The notes under the pieces: model-generated
Told to the model about the DNA's origin: nothing
Seen by the model: only the letters and a program-made list of their open reading frames with translations
Database searches by the model: none
Position numbers and translations under genes: made by a program
Assembly (NCBI GenBank): GCA_964195155.1
Contig: CAXMOP010000021.1
Coordinates: 7,007 to 71,006 of the forward strand
DNA: 64,000 nt
Reading direction: 5' to 3'
Origin: an uncultured Kiloniellales bacterium
GTDB lineage: Bacteria; Actinomycetota; Acidimicrobiia; Spongiisociales; UBA5794
Shown here: positions 17,546 to 26,640 of the stretch, piece by piece
How the letters are laid out: each line of letters opens with the position of its first letter
Numbering within the stretch: the first letter of the stretch is position 1

Positions 17546-18220
17546 TTAGCCGAGGGTCGTCAGGCCCTTGATGACAAACACCACGCCAAAGAAGCCAAAC
17601 ACCCCAATCGCGGTGGCCCTGAGGTGCATCCTGATCCATCCGAACGCGGCGTCGAGTATGCCGCTTACCCGCTCCCTCGCCAGGGCGTACGCCCCGATGA
17701 TCAGGAAGTAGGCGGCCTGGACCAGGAGCGTGAAGACCAGGTAATTGGCCAAACTTCCGAGCGGTGGGAGCTGAGCAGCAAATATCACGGCGACGACGGT
17801 GAGAACGAACACCCACTGCTTCGGGCTCGCAAGCAACCATCCAAAACCGACCTGGTATGCGCCTTTCGGATCGAGGTTCTCGAGGCGCTCGAGCAGCGAC
17901 CGGAGCGTTCCCCCGGCACCCGGCGCAGTCGCGATCTTGAAGGCGCCAGCGAGCAGAATCACCCCACCGAGAAGAAACAGCACACCGATCAGGACCGCAA
18001 GGTCGGCCGAGCGATCTTCCGCGGCACGCCCAACGATGCTCATGGCTGCGCCAAGGGCAGCCCCTTGAAGAAGCATCGACGAGACCATTCCGCCAACGAA
18101 CCCGAGCGCGGTCGTCGCGCCTCGTGGCGTGTGTAGCAGCAAGATCACGGCGAGGGTGCGAGCAGGGGAGATCATCATCGCCAGCAGGAGCGGCACGAGA
18201 TCGATCCACATGTCCGTCAT
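17546..18220 (-). CDS. GAP-family membrane protein
   Basis: Six hydrophobic helices, family-like N-term. Confidence 0.55.
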   Translation of the reverse strand: MTDMWIDLVPLLLAMMISPARTLAVILLLHTPRGATTALGFVGGMVSSMLLQGAALGAAMSIVGRAAEDRSADLAVLIGVLFLLGGVILLAGAFKIATAPGAGGTLRSLLERLENLDPKGAYQVGFGWLLASPKQWVFVLTVVAVIFAAQLPPLGSLANYLVFTLLVQAAYFLIIGAYALARERVSGILDAAFGWIRMHLRATAIGVFGFFGVVFVIKGLTTLG

Positions 18221-18275
18221 TGGTGACGCCTCTCTACCGAGCGGCGATCAGCGCTTCTCGGGGAGCCCGCGCCGA

Positions 18276-19973
18276 CTAGTCGACGCCGTCGGTCCGCAGC
18301 GATGCCCGGAACTGGTCAGGCATGGTGAAGCCGATGAACTCGAGCGGGTCGAACGGGAGCTCCTTGCGGAGCTGCTCGAGGGTGTCACCGATTGCGAGCG
18401 TTTCCGGTCGGGCGTTCTCGATCCCGGTGAAGGGAACGCCCCGCCCCTTCTCGCGGTCGGGATACCGCTCCTTCCACAGCAGGTGGCGGGCCAGCAGTCG
18501 ATCGAACTGGCCGCTCGACCAGATCAAGGGGACGAGCTGTGCCATGGATTCGCGGGGATCGGTGATCAGGTCGAAGAACACCGGAGAGGTTCCCGTATCT
18601 TCACCTTCGGTGATCCAATGGCGCTTGTAGCGACCCTTCACCGTGGCGCCCAGCTGATCGCCGGAGTAGATGAACACGTAGTCCCGTCGGCTGTACCCAT
18701 CGCCGTTGAGGAGCATCGACGTCTGGTCGACGCCATCGATGACTCGGTCGGTCGGGATGTGACCGGTTGCCCCACCGATCCGGGCGAACGTGGTGAACAG
18801 ATCCACTTCGTGGACGATGTCGTTGACGAACTGGCCGGGAGCGATCGTGCCCGGCCACCAGGCGAACCCCGGCACCCGGACGCCGCCCTCGAGGAAGTCG
18901 CCTTTGCCTCCCCGAAAGATCGTGTCGATCATGCCGAGCAGGCTCGGCGGGTTGTGGATCATCGGCCCGTTGTCGGCCATGCACACCAGCAACGTGTTCT
19001 CGGCGATCCCGAGCTCGTTGAGCTTGTCCATCAGCTCGCCGATGAAGCCGTCGAGCCGCTTGAGCGCCTCGGCGAGTCCGCCGGCGTTCAGCGTCGACTT
19101 GGGCTCCTGGCTTGGAACGAAGCCCAAGGCGTTCGGCCAGTACGAGATGAAGAACGGCTTGTCGTCTGCGGCGTTCTGGTCGACGAACGCCATCAGCCGT
19201 TGCTCCGACTCTAGGTCGACCTTCATGTAGGTTTCGACGTCGGGTGCGCCCCACTCCCGGCTAAATTCGTCCTTCTTGCCGTCGATGACCATGACCATGC
19301 CGTCGGGCCGCAACCCGTGCTCGTCGATCTCGTGCACGTTGTCCTTGCGCATATGTGCAGAGCCCGGGGCGATGTTGGCGACGTCGCCCATCGGGTTCCA
19401 GATGCTGCTCACCTGGTTGTACGGGAGGAAGAACGCATCATCGAACCCGTGAAAATGCGGCCAACTCTCCTCGATGTCGCCGAGATGCCACTTGGAGTAG
19501 AACGCGGTGGCGTAGCCTTCCTCGGAAAGCACTTCAGCGGTCGTCACCTCGTCGCCGCGTAGCCCGCCGAAGCCGAGGGGCCAGTCGACAACACCCATGC
19601 CGGTGCGAACCGGGTGCCGGCCGGTGATCACCGCAGCACGGCTCGGCGTGCAGGCGTTCTCCGAGTAGAGGCGGGTGAACATGATGCCCTCGTCGCGCAT
19701 CCGATCCAGGTTGGGTGTGTCGAAACCTCTGATCGCAGCCAGGGCAGGGATGCCGATGTCGCCGAACGCGGTGTCGTCCCACATGATGTGGATGATGTTC
19801 GGCGGCCCGCCGTGCTTGTCCCTCAGCGCTTCCAGACGAGCATCAACGTCCTGATCTTCGGCTGTCCATCGCTCGCGGTTCTGCACCTCCAGGATGTAAT
19901 GCTCGGCGTCATGCATGACCGGATTGGCGTTTGTGTCGGCCACGGCGGCTCCCTCGTTTTGCGGCAGCGGCAA
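18276..19973 (-). CDS. arylsulfatase (sulfatase family)
   Basis: Sulfatase signature CTPSRAAVITGR (FGly site) and metal-binding D/N residues. Confidence 0.9.
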   Translation of the reverse strand: MPLPQNEGAAVADTNANPVMHDAEHYILEVQNRERWTAEDQDVDARLEALRDKHGGPPNIIHIMWDDTAFGDIGIPALAAIRGFDTPNLDRMRDEGIMFTRLYSENACTPSRAAVITGRHPVRTGMGVVDWPLGFGGLRGDEVTTAEVLSEEGYATAFYSKWHLGDIEESWPHFHGFDDAFFLPYNQVSSIWNPMGDVANIAPGSAHMRKDNVHEIDEHGLRPDGMVMVIDGKKDEFSREWGAPDVETYMKVDLESEQRLMAFVDQNAADDKPFFISYWPNALGFVPSQEPKSTLNAGGLAEALKRLDGFIGELMDKLNELGIAENTLLVCMADNGPMIHNPPSLLGMIDTIFRGGKGDFLEGGVRVPGFAWWPGTIAPGQFVNDIVHEVDLFTTFARIGGATGHIPTDRVIDGVDQTSMLLNGDGYSRRDYVFIYSGDQLGATVKGRYKRHWITEGEDTGTSPVFFDLITDPRESMAQLVPLIWSSGQFDRLLARHLLWKERYPDREKGRGVPFTGIENARPETLAIGDTLEQLRKELPFDPLEFIGFTMPDQFRASLRTDGVD

Positions 19974-20044
19974 ACACTAGTGGAAGCCGAACACCCGTCT
20001 GGTCGGCGAGGCCCGGCTAGCATTGGTTCGGGGAATGGTGAAAG

Positions 20045-20326
20045 TTGACGGCAGTAAATCGCGAACAACAGCGGTGTCCGGGATGCGGCATCGGTATCGG
20101 CTTCGACACCGAGGTGTGCTCTCACTGCGGTCACGGCGCTTTCTTCGATCCACCGCGGCTCCACGAGGGGCGTGAGGTGAGCGTCGTCGAGCGGGTGATG
20201 CTCACGATGCTGTACAGCGAGGACCGCGAGCCGAGGTGGTGGCAGCGGCCCGGACGGATCATCTTCCTCGTGTCAACAGCCGCGATCGGCTACCTGATCT
20301 GGCTATCGATGGCGCCCTCGCCCTGA
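20045..20326 (+). CDS. small zinc-ribbon membrane protein
   Basis: CPGCG...CSHCGH + C-terminal TM helix. Confidence 0.45.
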   Translation: MTAVNREQQRCPGCGIGIGFDTEVCSHCGHGAFFDPPRLHEGREVSVVERVMLTMLYSEDREPRWWQRPGRIIFLVSTAAIGYLIWLSMAPSP

Positions 20327-20894
20327 ACTCCGGGCCCCCGGCCCATTACCGGCACATCGGTGCTGGCAGCACGCGTCGCGGTGGGCGATCAGCTCCTCAC
20401 CCAATGAACCAACCAGCCGGCCGTTGGTTATCGCCACCGGCCACTGGTCATCATCTGCACGTGTCCGCACCTGACGCATTGGCGATACGGGGTCTCCCGG
20501 TCCTCAAATAGCCGCCACGAGTGCAGGAATGGGAACCACGTGTGTAGTCGCAAGGGCCAGCCATCATTCATCGAACAACGCTCCTGCTGAGGATTCAAAC
20601 AGGGTGTAGGGGCAGACGGTGGAAATCGGGCTTGGCGGAAGCGAGCCGATCGCCGACAGATCCTCACATCTGCGCTGGTTAGCGAGCATGGGGCGTTCGG
20701 TCTGCGAGAGTGATCACATGAGCAGTGCCACGACCACCGACGAAGTTGCCGCTGAGGTCCGGCATCACGTGGACCGACGGGTGCGGATGCGCGCGACCGT
20801 GTGCTCCCAAACTCCCCAGCCGGAATTGGACAATCATCGATCGGGCGTCTCGGCGTGCGTTACCCCGGGAGGGGGGACCGCTCCCCGGTTGTGG

Positions 20895-21722
20895 TCAACT
20901 TGGCGTGATCACCGCGACTTCGAGGGGCGCTGTCTTGCCTTTCAGGTCCAGCTCCCGATGTTCCAGACCATCAGTGTTTAGTCCGATGATCCGGGTGAGC
21001 TGCAGGCTTGCCAGTATCTCGCCCACTCCGGCGGAATCGGCAAGTCGCGCTCCGACGTTGATGTCGTCGCCGAGAGCGGTCATTTCCCTGGACCCGCCCG
21101 GCTCACCCAACATGCCGACGTAAGCGTTGCCGGCGTGTACTCCCACACCGAGTGGAATCCACGGCCCATCGGGGTCGCCATGCCCGGTAGCCGCCAGGAG
21201 CTCCACCGCGCTGTCCACAGCAGCCTGGGCGTAGTTGGGTCCGGCCAGACCAGGGACGAAGTATCCGATCGCTTCATCACCGGCCAACCGACCGAGCAGC
21301 GCACCGCCTTGGATGAACACTTTCGAAGAGGTCTGAAAGAACCGATCGATCAATTCGCTGAAGGCACGGTCACCAAGGCGTTCAGCAGTTGGCGTAGATC
21401 CTCTCATATCGGCGAACACGGTCGCGATATCGACGTGGGTACCTCCGGGGTGATCGTGACCCCGTTTGATACATGCATTGCAGACACGCGGATCCTCCCG
21501 TGATTGACCCCTCCCCAGCATCGACATCACCCGGCCCCCTGCACCCTCGAAGGGGCCGTGGCACCACATGCAGCGGGGGTCGGACGGGATCATGGCAAAC
21601 AATGCTCTTCCCCTGTCGAGCAGCGCGTTCCCCTCAGAGAACATCTCGTGCCAGATTTCCTCGCTCTCAGCCACTGTCACATCCCAGGTAATGGTCGATT
21701 GCACAGCAACGCAATTGCACAA
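20895..21722 (-). CDS. class III adenylate/guanylate cyclase with N-terminal Cys-rich (zinc-finger-like) region
   Basis: FADMRGST, LAGDEAIGYF, GVHAGNAYVG cyclase motifs. Confidence 0.85.
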   Translation of the reverse strand: MCNCVAVQSTITWDVTVAESEEIWHEMFSEGNALLDRGRALFAMIPSDPRCMWCHGPFEGAGGRVMSMLGRGQSREDPRVCNACIKRGHDHPGGTHVDIATVFADMRGSTPTAERLGDRAFSELIDRFFQTSSKVFIQGGALLGRLAGDEAIGYFVPGLAGPNYAQAAVDSAVELLAATGHGDPDGPWIPLGVGVHAGNAYVGMLGEPGGSREMTALGDDINVGARLADSAGVGEILASLQLTRIIGLNTDGLEHRELDLKGKTAPLEVAVITPS

Positions 21723-21959
21723 CGCAGTGGGGCTATGTGCTCTTCCCGAACCGAACCTGCCCGACCCATATCTGCACTGATGCGTTGGCGACCGGGAAGC
21801 TGTGCGGCTCTATTCTGCCATCATCGGGACCGCGCCATGAGCTGAGCATCCGGCTGGCTGATTGGCGGAGCGCCTCTCGGCGAACCGTCGCCGATCATCC
21901 AGTATGCGCAGTAACGCCCGCTTCACCGAGTGCGCGAGAGCGGCACCTCGGAGCGCTGT

Positions 21960-22964
21960 CTAGCTATGGATCTCCACCACGTCTCCGTCCTCGACCACAT
22001 GGTCCTTTCCGACCTGTTGGCCGTCGTAGGCGTCCGAGCCCCAGATTCTGGCGTGTTGAAACGACGAGGCGAGGTCGCGATGGACGAGCTGGGCAACCTC
22101 CCCGACCGTTGCGCCGTGTCGCACCGTGTACGGGCGGCCCATGTCCGGATCCTTTCCCGGCACCTTCGTGTAAACCCGCACGATCTCGAGGTTCCGAAAC
22201 AGCCAGGGCCCGATCTCGTCAAAGCCGCCCGGCGTGACCGAAGAGACGGCCAGCGTGGGGAGCTGCATGTCGGCAAGCTCCATGCATGCCGCAAGCTCTC
22301 CATCCACGTCGGCGATGAGGTCGCTCTTGTTGGCGACGAGCACCGTGGACAATTGCAGGCCAAACGGGTCGTCGTCTTCGTCTACCCGAGAGCCCCACTG
22401 TGGGCTAAGGGTGACCTGTCGCTCCTCGAGAATCTCGACCATGGTGACGAGTGCCTCGACACAGCCCGGCTGGGTGAGGTCAATGACGAGCAGTGCACCG
22501 TCGGCCGACTGCAGCGTGTTGCCGATCCACGGGATCGGATGTTCGGGAGAGATCGGCGGCAGGTCGACGACCTGGACGTGGGCGTCGTCGATCGTGAGCA
22601 TGCCAGGCTCCGGGTACTGCGTAGTGAACGGGTAGTCCCCGACGTGGGTGTGGGCTCCGGTAAGGGATGCGTGCAGCGTCGATTTGCCGGAGTTGGGAGG
22701 ACCGATGATCGCCACCTGGGCGGCGCCCTCGGGATGGATGAAGGTGGCCGGGCCGGTTTTCGCTCCACCCTTCGACGGGCCGGCGAGCTCGGCCTTGAGC
22801 TCCTTGATCCTGGTCTTGATTTCGGCCCGCAGATGCTCGGTTCCCTTGTGCTTTGGGATGGCGCGGTTCATGTCGCCGAGCAACTCGAGACGGTCCTGGG
22901 GATCCCTCGCTCGCTTGTAGGCAGCCTCGGCCTTCTTGTACTCCGGGGTGAGGTTGGCCGGCAT
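21960..22964 (-). CDS. Obg-superfamily GTPase, DRG/Rbg1-like with C-terminal TGS domain
   Basis: G1 GPPNSGKST, G3 DLPP, G4 NKSD; C-terminal TGS-like. Confidence 0.8.
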   Translation of the reverse strand: MPANLTPEYKKAEAAYKRARDPQDRLELLGDMNRAIPKHKGTEHLRAEIKTRIKELKAELAGPSKGGAKTGPATFIHPEGAAQVAIIGPPNSGKSTLHASLTGAHTHVGDYPFTTQYPEPGMLTIDDAHVQVVDLPPISPEHPIPWIGNTLQSADGALLVIDLTQPGCVEALVTMVEILEERQVTLSPQWGSRVDEDDDPFGLQLSTVLVANKSDLIADVDGELAACMELADMQLPTLAVSSVTPGGFDEIGPWLFRNLEIVRVYTKVPGKDPDMGRPYTVRHGATVGEVAQLVHRDLASSFQHARIWGSDAYDGQQVGKDHVVEDGDVVEIHS

Positions 22965-23087
22965 CTGGCCATGTTACGAAACGGCGGCAGGCCGAGACCG
23001 TTCCGGTGGTCGAGGATGGCCGTTCGGTCGACCCTCCGATGCAGGCGGGTTGCGGTGCTGCCTATCGTGAAGGTCAGGAGGTGTGCA

Positions 23088-23522
23088 ATGACAGACTGGT
23101 CTGCTCCGGTGCCAGAGACCCATCGCAATTGGGTGACCTGGGTTCTCTTCTTCTTGGCGATTTTCGCGGCGATTGCGGCGTTCCTCGATGCGGCGCGCTA
23201 CATGGGTTGGATTTCCGTGGCGAGCGTTGGCGAGCTCGAGTTCTTCCTCGAAGACGTCAACTGGCTCGGCGCGCTCTTCTCCGGGCTCATCGGCCTGATC
23301 TGGATCGCCGTCGCCGGATGGATCTGGAGCCAGGACACGCGGGGCTGGATGTTCGTGGTGATTCTGGCGTCGCTGAACCTGTTCTTCATTCTCCTGTCCC
23401 TGATCGGCACGGCCACGCTGGAGAACATCTGGCCGGCGTTGGTGATCAACGGCGGGGTGCTGATCCTGGCGTTCCTGCCGACCACGAAGCAAGCGTTCGG
23501 CGCCGACACCGAGGCGTACTAG
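23088..23522 (+). CDS. hypothetical 4-TM membrane protein
   Basis: RBS AGGTCAGGAGG then ATG 23088; hydrophobic helices; rest of the 530-aa ORF is antisense to the GTPase. Confidence 0.55.
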   Translation: MTDWSAPVPETHRNWVTWVLFFLAIFAAIAAFLDAARYMGWISVASVGELEFFLEDVNWLGALFSGLIGLIWIAVAGWIWSQDTRGWMFVVILASLNLFFILLSLIGTATLENIWPALVINGGVLILAFLPTTKQAFGADTEAY

Positions 23523-23556
23523 CGGCATGCTTTGTGGCCGCCTTGGACGATGACAC

Positions 23557-24048
23557 CTAGCGGGAGATGACCGGCACCTCGATGACCGCTTGCGCGGCCT
23601 CATAGACCGCCCACGCAGCCGCAAACACGGGTTCCGATCGGTCGAGCTTGACGTCGACCGAAGAGAAGGTCGGGGTTACGACGGGCAACGGGTAGATAGG
23701 GAAGCTCATCGTGGTGTCGATGCCGTCGAAACACCCCCGGCACTCGCCGGGCGGAAGCGATGCGAGGAGCTCGTCCTGGTCGGTCGCCGCCAGCTCGCGG
23801 TCAAGCGCAATCACGAGCTCGCGGTCGATCACCGCGGTATCGACGAGCTCGGATCCGGTCGCGGTGATGCGGAATGCCGTGACCTCTCCGTCGCCATGGA
23901 CGACGATGCTGACACAGTTCGGGCCGAGCTGGGCGCAGCCGCCGCTTGACTCGGCAATGAGCACCGTGGCGTCGGCAACAGGCTCCGAATAGGCGGATGC
24001 ACAGCCGGCGAGCATCACCGCAATGGCCGCGAGCAGTATCGATTGCAT
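23557..24048 (-). CDS. hypothetical lipoprotein
   Basis: MQSILLAAIAVMLAGC lipobox. Confidence 0.55.
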   Translation of the reverse strand: MQSILLAAIAVMLAGCASAYSEPVADATVLIAESSGGCAQLGPNCVSIVVHGDGEVTAFRITATGSELVDTAVIDRELVIALDRELAATDQDELLASLPPGECRGCFDGIDTTMSFPIYPLPVVTPTFSSVDVKLDRSEPVFAAAWAVYEAAQAVIEVPVISR

Positions 24049-24061
24049 ATCGGTTCGGACG

Positions 24062-24499
24062 TTACGGCGCCGTTGGCGGGTTCCGCGGTTCCAGAAACAC
24101 GATCGGGATCTCCCGGTCGGTCCTGGACTGGTAGACGGCGTAGTCCTGATAGGCCTCGACGACCCGTGGCCACCATTCCGCTCGTTCCTCCGCGTCAGCG
24201 GTCCGCGCCGCAACCGGTATTCGATTCTGTAGTACCTGGAGGGTGGCCTCGGGCTCGGTGACCAGGTTTCGGTACCACTCCGGATGATGGACTCGCCCGC
24301 CGTACGAGGCGATCACCACGGTCCGGTCGCCGTCTTCGAGATACAGCAGCGGAACGGTGTGAGGTCTTCCGGTTCGCCGACCGGTGGTGGTGAGGAGGCA
24401 CATGTCGTTGGCTACGAGGCGGCGCCCGATCAGCCCACCGGTCGCCCGGTATGCCGCGGCATGAAGGCGGGACAGGATCTTGACGGTGCCGTCTCTCAT
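24062..24499 (-). CDS. F420H2-dependent nitroreductase-family protein (Ddn/DUF385-like)
   Basis: PHTVPLLYLEDGDRTVVIASYGG...HPEWYRNL signature of deazaflavin-dependent nitroreductases. Confidence 0.8.
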   Translation of the reverse strand: MRDGTVKILSRLHAAAYRATGGLIGRRLVANDMCLLTTTGRRTGRPHTVPLLYLEDGDRTVVIASYGGRVHHPEWYRNLVTEPEATLQVLQNRIPVAARTADAEERAEWWPRVVEAYQDYAVYQSRTDREIPIVFLEPRNPPTAP

Positions 24500-24510
24500 G
24501 GGCGGGTCAG

Positions 24511-24696
24511 CTAACTAACTGCGTTGCCGATCGAAAGCAAGACGAGCGCGAGCACCCCGATGATGACCGAAACCGCGAGCCAAAGGCCGATGCTCAGCAC
24601 GATGATCCGCCACCACACGCCGAGCGCAACCCTCCAACGCTCGGAGTCCTCGAAGTCCGACCATCTCAGCCCCCGGATTCCATCGGGTGCGGTCAT
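24511..24696 (-). CDS. small membrane protein
   Basis: 61 aa, single/double TM. Confidence 0.4.
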   Translation of the reverse strand: MTAPDGIRGLRWSDFEDSERWRVALGVWWRIIVLSIGLWLAVSVIIGVLALVLLSIGNAVS

Positions 24697-24816
24697 GGCT
24701 GATCCCTCCTCGGTTGGTGGCGAGTGACCTTATCGAAGTTGGCGCGACGCCACGATGAGTCACCATCCCGAAGGTTCTCGAGATTAATGTCACGGCAACG
24801 TCCGAAGGGAGTCGCA

Positions 24817-25182
24817 GTGGACAACATCGATTGGAATAGTCTTTTGTTTCAGTTCGACGGCAGGATCAACCGGGGCAAGTTCTGGCTCGGCACGGTGATC
24901 ATCTGGGTGGCTTATATCGTGATCGTGGGCATCGCAGCGGCGGCCGAAGCGGTCCTGGTCTACGTGCTGGCTCTCCTGTTGATATGGCCCGGGCTTGCGG
25001 TGTCGATCAAGCGCTGGCACGACCGCGACAAGTCGGGCTGGTGGGTTTTGATCGGTCTGATCCCACTGATTGGCCCAATCTGGGCGTTCATCGAGACCGG
25101 TTTCCTCGAGGGGACCAGCGGTCCCAACGAGTACGGGCCCGACCCGCTTGGTGGTGGCGTCGCCGACGACATGGCGATGTAG
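24817..25182 (+). CDS. DUF805 inner-membrane protein (paralog 1)
   Basis: RINRGKFWLG ... KRWHDRDKSGWW motif; GTG start after GAAGGGA. Confidence 0.75.
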   Translation: MDNIDWNSLLFQFDGRINRGKFWLGTVIIWVAYIVIVGIAAAAEAVLVYVLALLLIWPGLAVSIKRWHDRDKSGWWVLIGLIPLIGPIWAFIETGFLEGTSGPNEYGPDPLGGGVADDMAM

Positions 25183-25243
25183 AACCACGGTCCGGACGGC
25201 CCATCGGGTACGATCGCTCCGCATTTGAGCGAGGGGAGTCGTC

Positions 25244-25609
25244 GTGGCTGATATTGACTGGATGGACCTGCTCTTTCAATTTGACGGAAGGATCAACCGC
25301 GCCAAGTTCTGGTTGGGGATCGTGGTCGTGGCAGTGATCAATGTCATTGCGTCGGCACTCTTTCGCGGAAACTCGGTCTTCATCGCGTTTCTGATCACCC
25401 TGGCGTTGCTGTGGCCGAGCCTGGCCGTCGCGATCAAACGCTGGCACGACCGCGACAAATCCGGCTGGTGGGTGTTGATCGTGCTGATTCCCCTGATCGG
25501 CTGGATCTGGGCGCTGATCGAAACCGGCTTCCTCGAGGGGACCAAGGGTCCCAACCAGTACGGGCCGGACCCGCTCGGAGGCGGTATCGCCGACGACATG
25601 GCGATGTAG
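25244..25609 (+). CDS. DUF805 inner-membrane protein (paralog 2, tandem duplicate)
   Basis: ~65% identical to previous gene incl. identical C-terminus. Confidence 0.8.
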   Translation: MADIDWMDLLFQFDGRINRAKFWLGIVVVAVINVIASALFRGNSVFIAFLITLALLWPSLAVAIKRWHDRDKSGWWVLIVLIPLIGWIWALIETGFLEGTKGPNQYGPDPLGGGIADDMAM

Positions 25610-25690
25610 TCGCGGTTCGCCGGAGGATCACCGTCGGCCACGCTGATTGGGCAATCCCATGCTCTATGCTCCCGAGCCGAGCGAACCCTC

Positions 25691-26122
25691 ATGACATCGG
25701 CAACTGAGCAGGAGATCCACTTCGTGAGCTACGGACCGGCGCGCTCTGTCGATGCGCACGACGCTGACGCCGGCGGCCACTTTGCTCTGTGGCTGTTCGG
25801 GATCTTCGGCGCATTGTTGATCGTGGCCGGGCTCTGGCTGTCGTTCGCTCCGTCGAGCGGCGAGCTGTCGGTGGGCTTCATCACCTTCGACGTCACCGAG
25901 ATCCCCGAGCTACTCGGACCCGGCCTTCTCATTGCCGGGGGAGCGATCCTCGCCGGATCCATGTTGTCCGGGGCGTGGCGAGACTATTGGTTCGATGAGG
26001 GCTGGCTGATGGTGTCGCTTCAGGGCGTCATCGGCGTCGTCGGACTGGCCGCATTAGTGCTCGGGGTGCTCGGCATCCTCGACCGGCTCGACCTGTACAG
26101 CCTCCCCGGCCTCCCGATCTGA
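25691..26122 (+). CDS. hypothetical membrane protein
   Basis: 4 hydrophobic helices. Confidence 0.5.
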   Translation: MTSATEQEIHFVSYGPARSVDAHDADAGGHFALWLFGIFGALLIVAGLWLSFAPSSGELSVGFITFDVTEIPELLGPGLLIAGGAILAGSMLSGAWRDYWFDEGWLMVSLQGVIGVVGLAALVLGVLGILDRLDLYSLPGLPI

Positions 26123-26127
26123 CTGCG

Positions 26128-26559
26128 ATGAGAACTCGTCCACCCCTCGACGAGCTTCGCCGAATCTACGCGGACAGCAAGACGATCGCGGTGGTGGGCG
26201 CCTCTCCCGATCCCGAAAAGCGCGCCCATGTCGTTCCCGCCTACCTCCAGGAACAGGGGTACCGGATCATCCCGGTGAATCCCAGGCACGAGGAAGTGCT
26301 TGGCGAGAAGGCCTATCCAACCCTGCTCGACATCCCCGAGCCCGTCGATGTCGTCGACGTGTTCCGCCCAGCAGACGAGGCGCCCGGCATCGCAGAAAAC
26401 GCCGCCGCCATCGGTGCCGGCGTACTGTGGCTCCAGGTCGGCATCGTCTCGGAGGAAGCAGGCGAGATTGCCGCTGCGTCCAACATGAGCTTCGTCATGG
26501 ACCACTGCATGGGCATGATGCACGCCAAGCTCGGCCTCGGCCCGGGACCGGACCACTGA
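26128..26559 (+). CDS. CoA-binding domain protein (YccU-like)
   Basis: KTIAVVGASPDPEKRAH...YRIIPVNP. Confidence 0.8.
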   Translation: MRTRPPLDELRRIYADSKTIAVVGASPDPEKRAHVVPAYLQEQGYRIIPVNPRHEEVLGEKAYPTLLDIPEPVDVVDVFRPADEAPGIAENAAAIGAGVLWLQVGIVSEEAGEIAAASNMSFVMDHCMGMMHAKLGLGPGPDH

Positions 26560-26562
26560 GTC

Positions 26563-26640
26563 AAGAGTCGCGAGTCGCGAGCCTGACTTCCGGCTCTGGA
26601 CTCTCGACTCCGGACTCAGGACTTTTCCAGCGCCAGCTCC
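26563..26640. repeat. heptad/hairpin repeat element (GAGTCGC x2; CCTGACTTCCGG...CCGGACTCAGG)
   Basis: Between convergent CoA-binding and lon genes. Confidence 0.6.

Noticed and set aside
21930-23087. 5' 386 codons of the 530-aa plus-strand ORF
   Set aside because: Antisense to the DRG-like GTPase. Only the 3' part from ATG 23088, which has an RBS and membrane helices, is credible.
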